In this document: one piece after another, positions 45,431-54,383 of the stretch | How the letters are laid out: each line of letters opens with the position of its first letter | Position numbering within the stretch: the stretch's first letter is position 1 | Assembly (NCBI GenBank): GCA_902805665.1 | Contig: CADCTB010000094.1 | Location: 1,960-65,959 of the forward strand | Direction of reading: 5' to 3' | Length of the DNA stretch: 64,000 bases | Origin: an uncultured Acidimicrobiales bacterium | GTDB taxonomy: Bacteria; Actinomycetota; Acidimicrobiia; Acidimicrobiales; AC-14 | Program-made: the position numbers and the translations under genes | The notes under the pieces: model-generated | Databases searched by the model: none | What the model saw: the letters and a program-made list of their open reading frames with translations, nothing else | Told to the model about the DNA's origin: nothing

Positions 45431-45925
45431 CTACCCCAGGTCCTCTTCGACCGCTCGGCGGTAGATGCCGTGACGTCCGCCGGTCTTCTCCCAGAGGACG
45501 AGCTCCGTGATCATAATGGACCGGTCGACCGACTTGCACATGTCGTAGATGGTGAGGGCGGCGACGGCACAGGCGGTCATGGCCTCCATCTCGACGCCGG
45601 TGCGGTCGATGGTCTCCACCTGGGCTTCCACCTCGACGGAGTCGTCGCCGATGGTGAAGTTCACGAAGATCGAGCCCACCAGCAGCGGGTGGCACAGCGG
45701 GATGAGGTTCGGCGTCTGCTTGGCCGCCTGGATACCCGCCACCCGGGCGACGGCCAGGACATCGCCCTTGGTCAGGGAGTTGCTGGCCACCATCGAGGTG
45801 GTCTCGGGCTTCATCATCACCTTGCATCGGGCCAGGGCCCGGCGGTGGGTGGCCTCCTTGGGGGTGACGTCGACCATGCGGGCCCGGCCCAGCGGGTCGA
45901 TATGGGTCAGTCCGCGGTCGCTCAT
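45431..45925 (-). CDS. moaC: Cyclic pyranopterin monophosphate synthase
   Basis: 164 aa. LTHIDPLGRARMVDV, KGDVLAVARVAGI.AAK and IPLCHPL are MoaC motifs. Confidence 0.9.
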   Translation of the reverse strand: MSDRGLTHIDPLGRARMVDVTPKEATHRRALARCKVMMKPETTSMVASNSLTKGDVLAVARVAGIQAAKQTPNLIPLCHPLLVGSIFVNFTIGDDSVEVEAQVETIDRTGVEMEAMTACAVAALTIYDMCKSVDRSIMITELVLWEKTGGRHGIYRRAVEEDLG

Positions 45926-45952
45926 GACCGAGGAGTCTACGGCGACGTTCGG

Positions 45953-46942
45953 TTATCCACCGATCTGGCTCATGGAGCGGTCGGGGCGGAGGAAGGTGAC
46001 CTGGCCGATGGAGTGCCCGGCCCACTTGTTGCCGACGTCGGCGATGATGGCGGCGGCCAGATCGTCGTCGGAGCCGCCCGAGCGCAGGACCGAGCGGAGA
46101 TCGGTCTCCTTCACCGCGAAGAGGCAGTTCCGGAACATGCCCTCGGCGGTCAGGCGGACCCGGTCGCAGCTCCCGCAGAAGGACTGGGTGACGCTGGCGA
46201 TGACGCCGACCTCACCCCGGCCGTCGAGGTAGCGGAATCGCTCGGCCGGCGCCGATCCCCGCTGTTCGACCGGCTCCAGCGGGTACACCGAGTCGATGGC
46301 GGCCACCACCTCGGCCCCGGGCACGACGGTGCCGGGCGACCACCCGTCGTCGGCGTCGAGGGGCATGAACTCGATGAAGCGGATCGTCACACCGCGTTCA
46401 CGCCCGAAGGTGGCGAAATCGACGATCTCGCCGTCGTTCACGCCCCGGATCAGCACGCAGTTGACCTTGACGGGGGAGAAGCCGGCTTCGATCGCGGCGT
46501 CGATCCCGTCGATCACCTGGTCGAGGGCGTGGCGGCGGGTGACCGCGAAGAAGGTCTCCGGGCGGAGCGAGTCCAGCGAGATGTTGATCCGCTTGAGGCC
46601 GGCGGCGCGGAGGTCGCCGGCGAGAAGCCGGAGGGTGGCGCCGTTGGTGGTGAGCGACAGATCCGTGCCCAACGCGGCCAGCTTCTCGACCAGAACGGGC
46701 AGGTGGGCCCGTACGGTGGGCTCCCCACCGGTGATGCGGATGCCGTCGAAGCCGAAGCGCTCGACGCACACCCGGGCGACCCGCTCGATCTCCTCGTAGG
46801 TGAGGAGGTCGGCGCGCGGCAGCCAGTCCATCCCCTCGGCCGGCATGCAGTAGCGGCAGCGCAGGTTGCAGCGGTCGGTGACCGAGATGCGCAGGTCGCG
46901 CACCGTCCGCCCGTGCGGGTCGACGAGGGGAGCGGCGGCCAT
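45953..46942 (-). CDS. moaA: GTP 3',8-cyclase (radical SAM)
   Basis: Start at ATG 46942. CNLRCRYC radical-SAM motif, GGEPT, and the C-terminal CGSCDRVRLTAEG cluster motif. Confidence 0.9.
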   Translation of the reverse strand: MAAAPLVDPHGRTVRDLRISVTDRCNLRCRYCMPAEGMDWLPRADLLTYEEIERVARVCVERFGFDGIRITGGEPTVRAHLPVLVEKLAALGTDLSLTTNGATLRLLAGDLRAAGLKRINISLDSLRPETFFAVTRRHALDQVIDGIDAAIEAGFSPVKVNCVLIRGVNDGEIVDFATFGRERGVTIRFIEFMPLDADDGWSPGTVVPGAEVVAAIDSVYPLEPVEQRGSAPAERFRYLDGRGEVGVIASVTQSFCGSCDRVRLTAEGMFRNCLFAVKETDLRSVLRSGGSDDDLAAAIIADVGNKWAGHSIGQVTFLRPDRSMSQIGG

Positions 46943-46950
46943 GAACCAGG

Positions 46951-48153
46951 TTACGTGAGGAGCATCACCTTCACCCTGCCACCCTCGGCCACACCCTCGC
47001 CGTCCGGGAGCAGGGCCAGGGCATTGGCCAGGGCCATGGCCCGCAGCAGGTGCGAGGCCTGGCCCCCCGAGGCCCGGACGTGCAGGCGGCCGTCGTCGTC
47101 GGTGGTGGCGACGACCCGGACCAGGTGGAGCTTGCCGTCGGGCCGGCGCAGGAAGGCCTCCTCGGCCACCGCAGGCACCTCGGGCCGGAGCAGTTGGAGG
47201 TGCCCGGTCATCTGCCGCAGGGCGGGACGGGCGAACAGCTCGAAGGAGACCATCGACGACACCGGGTTGCCGGGCAGGCCGAAGACCGGGGTCCCCCGGA
47301 CGGTGCCGAACGCCAGCGGCTTCGCCGGCCGCACCGCCACCTGCCACCAGTGCATGTCGCCCATGCGGTCGAGCACCGTCTTCACGTAGTCGAAGTCGCC
47401 GACGCTCACCCCTCCCGAGGTCAGGATGGCGTCGCAGGAGGCGATCCCGCGCTCGATGGCCGCCGTGATCGCAGCCTCGTCGTCGGGCGCCGTCCCCAGG
47501 TCCACCGGGATGCAACCGGCCCGGGCGACGAGGGCCAGCAGCGTGGGCCGGTTGCTGTCCCGTATCTGCCCGGGACGCAGCTCACCCGGCCCGGACACCA
47601 GCTCGTCGCCCGTCGAGAGGACCCCGACGCGCGCGGGCGGGACCACCTCGACCGTCTCCAGGCCGACGCTGGCCAGGACGCCAAGGTGGCCGGGGCCCAG
47701 CTCGGTGCCGGGATCGAAGAGCTCCTGACCGGCCCGGAGGTCCTCACCGGGGTGGCGGATGTGGTCGCCGGGCGACGCCGGCACGTCGATCCTCACGCCA
47801 CCCCCGTCGACTGCAGGTGACGTGCGCTCCACCATCACGATGGCGTCGGCGCCGGGAGGCACGACGGCCCCCGTCATGATCCTCACTGCCTCGCCCGGAC
47901 CCACCTCGACGCCTGGAGCGGCGCCCGCGGCGGCCGTGCCGACCACCTGGAGCGTGACCGGGACGGTTGCCGTGTCGGCAGCCCGTACGGCGAAGCCGTC
48001 CATCGCCGAGTTGGCGAACGACGGGACGTCGTGGCCGGCCACGACCGGTGCGACGGTCACGCAGCCGAGCGCGTCGCCGAGCGGCAACGCCTTGGAAGGG
48101 AGGACCGGGCAGGCGGCCAGGATCACCCGGCGCGCCTCCTGTACGTCGATCAA
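46951..48153 (-). CDS. moeA: MoeA-family molybdopterin molybdotransferase (gephyrin-like; possible Glp orthologue)
   Basis: 400 aa. The TTG start overlaps the galU stop (TTGA). SPVDGFA-type block NSAMDGFAV and SGGVSVGDFDYVK. Confidence 0.85.
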   Translation of the reverse strand: MIDVQEARRVILAACPVLPSKALPLGDALGCVTVAPVVAGHDVPSFANSAMDGFAVRAADTATVPVTLQVVGTAAAGAAPGVEVGPGEAVRIMTGAVVPPGADAIVMVERTSPAVDGGGVRIDVPASPGDHIRHPGEDLRAGQELFDPGTELGPGHLGVLASVGLETVEVVPPARVGVLSTGDELVSGPGELRPGQIRDSNRPTLLALVARAGCIPVDLGTAPDDEAAITAAIERGIASCDAILTSGGVSVGDFDYVKTVLDRMGDMHWWQVAVRPAKPLAFGTVRGTPVFGLPGNPVSSMVSFELFARPALRQMTGHLQLLRPEVPAVAEEAFLRRPDGKLHLVRVVATTDDDGRLHVRASGGQASHLLRAMALANALALLPDGEGVAEGGRVKVMLLT

Positions 48154-49031
48154 ATCAGTTTCTTGCGCTGCACCAGGTCGGCGAGGAACGTCCGGAACTT
48201 GGGGCCGAGGTCCTCACGGTCGATGGCCAGCTCCACCGTGGCCCGCAGGTAGTCGAGCTTGTCGCCGATGTCGTACCGGCCCTCCTCGAACACGTAGCCG
48301 TAGATCGTCTGCTGCTCGAGGAGCAGGTCGATGGCGTCGGTGAGCTGGATCTCCCCACCCGCACCGGGCCGGATCTGCTCCAGGCAGTCGAAGATCTCGG
48401 GGGTGAAGACGTAGCGGCCCATCACCGCCAGGTTCGACGGGGCGTCCTCCGGCTTGGGCTTCTCGACCACCGCCAGCACGCGGACCAGGGTGTCCTCGAC
48501 CGCCTCCGGCAGCGCGCAGCCGTAGGAGCTCATCTCGCTGCGGGGAAACTCCTTCAGGGCCAGCACCGACCGTCCGTAGCGCTCGTGCAGGGCCAGCATG
48601 TCGGAGAGCACGGTGGACCCGCCGGTCATGATGTCGTCCCCGAGCATCACCGCGAAGGGCTCGTCGCCCACGTGGTGGCGGGCCACCGCCACCGCGTGAC
48701 CCAGGCCGCGGGGCTCCCCCTGGCGGACGTAGTGGATGTTGGCCATCTCGGCGATGGCCTGCATCTCCTTCAACATGTCGGACTTGCCGGCCTTTTCCAG
48801 GTAGTGCTCGAGCTCGAAGGACCGGTCGAAGTGGTCCTCGATGGCCCGCTTGCCCCGGCCGGTGATGATCAGGATGTCGCGCAGCCCCGCCTGCACCGCC
48901 TCCTCGACGACGTGCTGGATGGCCGGCTTGTCGACGAGGGGCAGCATCTCCTTGGGCTGGGCCTTGGTGGCCGGGAGGAACCGCGTGCCGAGCCCGGCCG
49001 CCGGGATGACCGCCGTCTGAATCCGTTTCAT
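48150..49031 (-). CDS. galU: UTP--glucose-1-phosphate uridylyltransferase
   Basis: IPAAGLGTRFLPATKAQPKEMLP N-terminal motif and VEKP. ATGA overlap with the upstream GGDEF gene. Confidence 0.9.
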   Translation of the reverse strand: MKRIQTAVIPAAGLGTRFLPATKAQPKEMLPLVDKPAIQHVVEEAVQAGLRDILIITGRGKRAIEDHFDRSFELEHYLEKAGKSDMLKEMQAIAEMANIHYVRQGEPRGLGHAVAVARHHVGDEPFAVMLGDDIMTGGSTVLSDMLALHERYGRSVLALKEFPRSEMSSYGCALPEAVEDTLVRVLAVVEKPKPEDAPSNLAVMGRYVFTPEIFDCLEQIRPGAGGEIQLTDAIDLLLEQQTIYGYVFEEGRYDIGDKLDYLRATVELAIDREDLGPKFRTFLADLVQRKKLI

Positions 49032-50077
49032 GATTCGCCTCCCTCGGTCGCTGTATCCCCGGCCTGGGCGTGCTCTACCCGATTCCTCCCTTTGGCCTTG
49101 GCCAGGTACATGGCCGCGTCGGCGGCGGCCACCAGCTCCTTGCCCGACGACCCGTGCTCGGGATAGGCGGCGACGCCGATCGAGATGGTGATGTCGATCG
49201 ACCCGGTGTCGATCCGGAAGGGGGCGGTGCCTGCGGCGGCCCGGATCTTCTCGGCCAGGAGCAGGGCGCCCGCCAGTCCGGTCTTGGGCAGGAGGAGGGT
49301 GAACTCGTCACCTCCCCAGCGGGCCACCACGTCGACCTCACGGACCGCCTCGGTGAGCCGGCGGGCCAGCTCGATGAGCACGGTGTCCCCGGCCTGGTGC
49401 CCGTGCTTGTCGTTCACCGCCTTCATCTGGTCGAGCTCGACGAACACCACGGCGAACGGCTCGGAGAAGCGGACGGCCCGGGAGAGCTCGGACTCGAGGC
49501 GGAGGTCGAAGTTCCGCCGGTTCCAGAGCCCGGTCATGCCGTCGGTGAGCGAGAGCCGCACCGCCTCCTCGTACAGGAAGCTGTTCTCGATGGCCGTCTC
49601 GGCCTGGCGGACCAGGATCTCGATGGAGTCGACGTCCTCGTCCTCGAACGGCGACTCGCGGCCGTAGTAGGCGAGCACGCCGAAGGGGTGGCCACCGGAG
49701 CGAAGGGGGATGGCCAGGGCGCCGGCGCCGGCCTGGGGCTCCTGAGGCGACGGACGCACACCTTCGCCGTCACGGGGCCAGAGGACGGCCGCGCCGACGT
49801 GGGACGCGGCCCCGGCCAGGCCCACCCCTCCGGCCAGCTCGCCAATTGGGGCGGCGGCACCCGCATCGGCGGATTCGCCGACCGTCTCCATGGGTCGCAG
49901 CCGCTCGCTTCCCGCCACCACGACGTAGAACACGCCTGTCGACGCCCCCAGGTACGTGGTGGTCGTGTGCAGCAGTGCGGAGACCATGACTTGGCGGTCC
50001 CTGGTGGAGGCCAGCACGTCGCCCAGCCGGACCAGGGCCTGGCGGAAGTCGCGCAGCCGGGCCCGAGGATCCTCCAC
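49028..50077 (-). CDS. GAF-domain diguanylate cyclase (GGDEF)
   Basis: GTG start. N-terminal GAF-like region, then DGMTGLWNRR, the RWGGDEF active-site motif, and YLAKAKGRNRV. Confidence 0.85.
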   Translation of the reverse strand: MEDPRARLRDFRQALVRLGDVLASTRDRQVMVSALLHTTTTYLGASTGVFYVVVAGSERLRPMETVGESADAGAAAPIGELAGGVGLAGAASHVGAAVLWPRDGEGVRPSPQEPQAGAGALAIPLRSGGHPFGVLAYYGRESPFEDEDVDSIEILVRQAETAIENSFLYEEAVRLSLTDGMTGLWNRRNFDLRLESELSRAVRFSEPFAVVFVELDQMKAVNDKHGHQAGDTVLIELARRLTEAVREVDVVARWGGDEFTLLLPKTGLAGALLLAEKIRAAAGTAPFRIDTGSIDITISIGVAAYPEHGSSGKELVAAADAAMYLAKAKGRNRVEHAQAGDTATEGGES

Positions 50078-50160
50078 GGAGCAATGGTACGGCCTGCGGT
50101 ACTCTGGGACTCGACCGGTCCCTGTGCGATCCGCGCCGGACCGGGTCTCCCGGGAGCCTT

Positions 50161-50520
50161 ATGCCGAAGTACGAGTACGCCTGTAAATCGTGTGGCGAGC
50201 ACATCGAGGTGGTGCAGACGTTCACGGACGCCGCCCTCACCGAGTGCCCGTCCTGTGCCGGTGAGCTGCGCAAGGTGTTCAGCGCGCCGTCGATCGCGTT
50301 CAAGGGCAGTGGCTTCTACCGCACCGACAACCGGAAGCGTCGCACGGAGCCCAGCTCCGAGAAGTCCGACGCCAAGGCGGACGGCAAGTCGGACTCCAAG
50401 CCCGACGGCAAGGCCACCGACACCAAGACGGAGACCAAGGCTGAGCCGGCGAAGGCCGAGTCCAAGCCCTCCTCCTCCTCCGAGTCGAAGCCCAAGGCGG
50501 CGGAGGCGAAGTCCGCCTGA
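50161..50520 (+). CDS. FmdB-family zinc-ribbon protein with disordered Lys/Ser/Glu tail (Ruc/Rv0991c-like)
   Basis: MPKYEYACKSCGEHIEVVQTFTDAALTECPSCAGELRKVF...KGSGFYRTD matches the FmdB/Rv0991c N-terminal zinc ribbon. The rest is low complexity. Confidence 0.8.
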   Translation: MPKYEYACKSCGEHIEVVQTFTDAALTECPSCAGELRKVFSAPSIAFKGSGFYRTDNRKRRTEPSSEKSDAKADGKSDSKPDGKATDTKTETKAEPAKAESKPSSSSESKPKAAEAKSA

Positions 50521-50545
50521 CAGCCGGCGGTCGGGAGGTCCGGTG

Positions 50546-51346
50546 ATGCTGCCTTCCGCCGAGATCGGCGTCTTCGGCGGCACCGCCTTCTATTCGTTCC
50601 TCGACGACGTCGAGGAGGTCACCGTGCAGACGCCGTACGGCGCGCCGTCGGCCCCGGTGGCGGTCGGGCTGGTGGGCGGGCGCCGGGTGGCGTTCCTGCC
50701 CCGCCACGGGCCGGGACACGGGATCCCCGCACACCGGGTGAACTACCGGGCCAACCTGTGGGCCCTCCGCCGATTGGGGGTCCGTCGGCTTCTGGCCCCG
50801 TGCTCGGTCGGCTCGCTGCAGCCGCACGTCCGCCCCGGCGACTTCGTCGTGTGCGACCAGCTGGTCGACCGCACGTCGGGTCGGGCCGACACCTTCTTCG
50901 ACGGGCCCCTGCCGGCCCACGTCTCCTTCGCCGACCCGTACTGCCCGGAGCTCGGACGGGCGGCAGTCGACGCCGCGCAGGCGGAGGGCGTGACGGTGCA
51001 CGAACGAGGCACGGTGGTCGTCATCCAGGGCCCCCGCTTCTCCACCCGGGCGGAGTCGAGGTGGTTCTCCTCCGCCGGCTGGGAGGTGGTCAACATGACG
51101 CAGTACCCCGAGGCCGTCCTGGCCCGTGAGCTGGGCATCTGCTACTCGGGCCTGGCCCTGGTGACCGACTATGACGCGGGCGTGGAGCGGGCGGAGGCGG
51201 TGACGATGGAGGCCGTCTTCCGGATGCTGGCCGAGAACATCGAGCGGGTGAAAGGCGTGCTGCTCCGGGCCATCCCCGCCATCCCCGCCGACCCCTCGTG
51301 CGGGTGCGCTGACGGGGCCATGGATCCGGGGTCGCTTCCGGCTTAG
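50546..51346 (+). CDS. mtnP: S-methyl-5'-thioadenosine phosphorylase
   Basis: Start at ATG 50546 (or GTG 50543) inside a 758-aa artefact ORF. IGVFGGTAFY, FLPRHG, VNYRANLWAL and VVNMTQYPEAVLAREL are typical of MTAP. Confidence 0.85.
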   Translation: MLPSAEIGVFGGTAFYSFLDDVEEVTVQTPYGAPSAPVAVGLVGGRRVAFLPRHGPGHGIPAHRVNYRANLWALRRLGVRRLLAPCSVGSLQPHVRPGDFVVCDQLVDRTSGRADTFFDGPLPAHVSFADPYCPELGRAAVDAAQAEGVTVHERGTVVVIQGPRFSTRAESRWFSSAGWEVVNMTQYPEAVLARELGICYSGLALVTDYDAGVERAEAVTMEAVFRMLAENIERVKGVLLRAIPAIPADPSCGCADGAMDPGSLPA

Positions 51347-51407
51347 TCTGGAGGTCGCAGGACCGCTTCCCCCTCCGTGATCTCGGATCTCTCCGGAGGA
51401 CATAGCC

Positions 51408-52136
51408 GTGCGCCTGCGCCGTCTCGCCCGCTCTCCCTTGGCCTACTGGGTGGCCTTCGTCGCCCTTGCCGCCTTCACCGCCTTCACCGTCGCCGGCCAG
51501 GTCGGGAGGGCCGAGGCCCAGGCCGCCCGTTACGGCCGCCTGCGGCCGGTGGTCACCGCCACCCGGGCCGTCGAGGTCGGATCCGTCCTCCGGCCGGCCG
51601 ACGTCGTCGTGCGGTCCATGCCGGCCGCCTTCCTGCCCGAGGGGTCGCTCGGAGCGACGAGTGCGGTGGTGGGACGCACGGTGGTGGTGCCCCTGTTCCC
51701 AGGTACGGCCGTGGTCGCCGCCCACCTCGCGCCTGAGGGGCTCGAGGGGCTGGCTGCGTTGTTGCCGGCCGGGGCCCGCGCCGTCGCGGTGCCCACCGGC
51801 GGTGCTTCGGTTCCCCTCCGGCGGGGCGACCGGGTCGACGTCCTGGCCACGTTCGACCCACCGCCGGCCGGCGAGGATCCGACCTTCCCGGTGGCGGAGG
51901 CGGCGCTGGTGGTCGACGTCGGACCGGAGGCGGCGTCGGTGGCCGTGGCGCGGGAGGAGGCGGTCCGGGTGGCCTACGCCGTGGCCGCGGGGGTGGTGAC
52001 CCTGGTCGTCACCGCAGAGGTGAGGCCAGCACCGCCAGCACGGCCAGGCCCGCCAGCACCCGGTACACCACGAACGGGAGGAACGACCGCGTCCGAACCA
52101 CCGTCAGTACGAGCCACACCGCAGCAAGCCCGGTGA
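51408..52136 (+). CDS. SAF-domain / CpaB-like protein with N-terminal TM anchor
   Basis: GTG start preceded by GGAGGA. TM helix WVAFVALAAFTAF and a SAF-like ATRAVEVGSVLRPADV stretch. The last 128 nt overlap the convergent uppP gene. Confidence 0.6.
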   Translation: MRLRRLARSPLAYWVAFVALAAFTAFTVAGQVGRAEAQAARYGRLRPVVTATRAVEVGSVLRPADVVVRSMPAAFLPEGSLGATSAVVGRTVVVPLFPGTAVVAAHLAPEGLEGLAALLPAGARAVAVPTGGASVPLRRGDRVDVLATFDPPPAGEDPTFPVAEAALVVDVGPEAASVAVAREEAVRVAYAVAAGVVTLVVTAEVRPAPPARPGPPAPGTPRTGGTTASEPPSVRATPQQAR

Positions 52137-52878
52137 TCCCGGAGGCCACGATCCCCCAGAAGAAGGCGGCCGCCGTGCCGGGCGGGAGGCCGTTCACCGC
52201 CAGGTCGACGCCCTTGTACAGGGCGGCCCCGCCGGTGATCGGCATGCTCATAAGGAAGGACAGGCGGGCGGCGGCGTTGCGGTCGAAGCCGAGGAAGCGG
52301 CCGGCCGTGATGGTGATCCCCGACCGCGACACGCCGGGGGAGAGGGCGCAGGCCTGGGCCAGGCCCATGATCACGGCCTGGCGAGGCCCGTAGTCGCCTT
52401 CCTGCATGTTGCTCGGCAGCCGGTCGGCCACGGCCAAAATGAGGCCGAACACGATGAGCATGATGGCGATGAGCCAGATCTCGCCGAGGTAGTCGTTGAT
52501 GGCGTCCTCCAGTGCGGCCCCGATGATCGCCCCGGGGATGGCGGAGAGGAGGAGCAGCCAGGCCAGGCGCTGGTCGGCCGTGCGGACGGCTCGCTGTCGG
52601 ATCGAGGTCAGCCCGGCCCCGGCCAGACGGGCCAGGTCCCGCCGGAAGTAGGCGATCGAGGCCAGGATCGTTCCCACGTGCAGGGCCACGTCGAACGTCT
52701 TGTTCAGGTCGACGTTCGCGGGCCCGGTCAGCTCCTCCCAGCCGAACAGCCACGGCACGAGGATGAGGTGCCCGCTCGAGGAGATGGGCAGGAACTCCGA
52801 CAGGCCCTGGGTGATCCCCAGCACGATGGCGTGGAGCACCGGGATGTCGCCGGCGGCGGCTTGGGCGAGGAGGAGCAC
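52009..52878 (-). CDS. uppP: Undecaprenyl-diphosphate phosphatase
   Basis: GITQGLSEFLPISSSGHL and PGVSRSGITI are BacA/UppP motifs. GTG start. Confidence 0.9.
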   Translation of the reverse strand: MLLLAQAAAGDIPVLHAIVLGITQGLSEFLPISSSGHLILVPWLFGWEELTGPANVDLNKTFDVALHVGTILASIAYFRRDLARLAGAGLTSIRQRAVRTADQRLAWLLLLSAIPGAIIGAALEDAINDYLGEIWLIAIMLIVFGLILAVADRLPSNMQEGDYGPRQAVIMGLAQACALSPGVSRSGITITAGRFLGFDRNAAARLSFLMSMPITGGAALYKGVDLAVNGLPPGTAAAFFWGIVASGITGLAAVWLVLTVVRTRSFLPFVVYRVLAGLAVLAVLASPLR

Positions 52879-52961
52879 CGGGGGAGGTTAGGTGAGGGTC
52901 GGGAGCGTGCGACATACGACGTCGCCCTGCGACGCTGGATGTCGCCGGTTGCTCCCGGGGG

Positions 52962-54305
52962 CTAGGAGCCGCTGAGCTGGACGTCGCCGATGACGACGGT
53001 GAGGCCGGCGGCGCCGCCCGGCAGCCACTCGAGGTCGCCACCGAGGGCCACGAGGTCGAGCAGCATGCGCTGGAGGGTGGAGGCGATGGTGGCCTCCCGC
53101 ACCGGCTCGGCCGGCGCCCCGTCCCGGAACAGGAGGCCCTCGACGCCGACGGAGAAGTCGCCGCTGATCGGGTTGGCGCCCGAGTGCAGGCCGGTGACCG
53201 ACTGCACGAGCAGTCCTTCGCCGATGTCGGCCATCAGCTGCTCCTGGCTGCGGTCGCCGGGGGTGAGGCTGAGGGCCCGGCTGCCGGCGCCCGGGGTGGA
53301 GCGGTAGCCGCCCCGCACGGCCGAGGCGTTGGAGGGCTGGTCGCAGCGCCGGCCGGTGTAGGTGTTGTGCAGGAACCCCTGCAGGACCCCGTCCTGGATG
53401 AGGACGTTGCGACGGCTGGCCAGACCCTCGGCGTCGTAGCGCCCGGCGCCCCACGCCTGCGGCTCGGTGGGGTCGTCGACCAGCGTGAGGAACGGGACGG
53501 CCACCGGCTCGCCCTCACGGCCGGCGAACAGCGACCGCCCCTTGATCACCGACGAGGCGGACAGCCCCGAGGAGAGCAGGCCCAGGAACGAGGCCGACAC
53601 CGACGGGTCGAGCAGCACCGTGAGCCGGCGGGAGGGCGGCTTGCGGGCGCCGAGGAGCCGGGTGGCCTTCTCGCTCGCGTCCTTGACCGCCTTGGCCATG
53701 TCGAGGTCCTCCGGCGTGCGGGCCACGGAGTAGCCCGAGCCGGTCATGGTCTCCGTGCCCTCCCCGGCCATGGCCGAGGCGACGATGGAGCACCCCGAGC
53801 GGCGGGTGGTGGCCCGCACGCCCTCGGTGGAGGCGATGGCCGACTCGGACACCGAGTCCCCGTAGTCGGCGGACTCGACCCCGCGGATGCGGGGGTCGGC
53901 GGCCCGGACCGCCCGCTCCAGCTCCAGGGCCATCTCCACCTTGCGCTCGGTCGGGAAGGCGGACAGCTCGGGCCGGAACAGGTCGAGGTCCACCGGCTCC
54001 ACGCCGTCGGGTGCGGCCAGGCCGAGGAACTCGTCGACCGTGCCGAAGCCGGCGTTGTCGCGCGCCTCGTCGAGGGTCTCGGCGATGATCGGGTCCTCGA
54101 GCGACGCGGCGTACGCGAAGCCCTGGCGACCGTCGGCGATCACCCGCACGCCCACACCCTGGGTGTCGGCGGAGGACAGCGACTCCACCGCCCCGTCGAA
54201 CACCTTGACCTCGGTGTGGTGGCTGCGGCCCAGGAACACCTCGACCTGCTCGCCCGGCCGGGCCTGGCCGACGATGCGCTCGGCCAACTGCAGGAGGTCA
54301 CTCAT
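52962..54305 (-). CDS. pmbA: TldD/PmbA-family metalloprotease subunit (PmbA-like)
   Basis: 447 aa, with the C-terminal GANPISGDFSVGVEGL pattern of PmbA/TldE. Confidence 0.85.
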   Translation of the reverse strand: MSDLLQLAERIVGQARPGEQVEVFLGRSHHTEVKVFDGAVESLSSADTQGVGVRVIADGRQGFAYAASLEDPIIAETLDEARDNAGFGTVDEFLGLAAPDGVEPVDLDLFRPELSAFPTERKVEMALELERAVRAADPRIRGVESADYGDSVSESAIASTEGVRATTRRSGCSIVASAMAGEGTETMTGSGYSVARTPEDLDMAKAVKDASEKATRLLGARKPPSRRLTVLLDPSVSASFLGLLSSGLSASSVIKGRSLFAGREGEPVAVPFLTLVDDPTEPQAWGAGRYDAEGLASRRNVLIQDGVLQGFLHNTYTGRRCDQPSNASAVRGGYRSTPGAGSRALSLTPGDRSQEQLMADIGEGLLVQSVTGLHSGANPISGDFSVGVEGLLFRDGAPAEPVREATIASTLQRMLLDLVALGGDLEWLPGGAAGLTVVIGDVQLSGS

Positions 54306-54383
54306 CCGAAGATCCCAGACCGGCGGGGCAGGAGCCCCCGCCGGTATCGCGATGAGGCGTCAGCCGAAGAGCCATGGGCATAG

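Noticed and set aside
45295-46950. Moco riboswitch associated with moaA/moaC
   Set aside because: moaA follows moeA by 8 nt and moaC follows moaA by 27 nt, so there is no leader long enough. The 136-nt gap after moaC lies downstream of those genes, not upstream.
49070-51346. 758-aa plus-strand ORF
   Set aside because: Only the last 266 codons (MTAP, from 50546) are credible. The upstream part runs antisense through the GGDEF gene and out of frame across the Ruc/FmdB gene, with junk composition.
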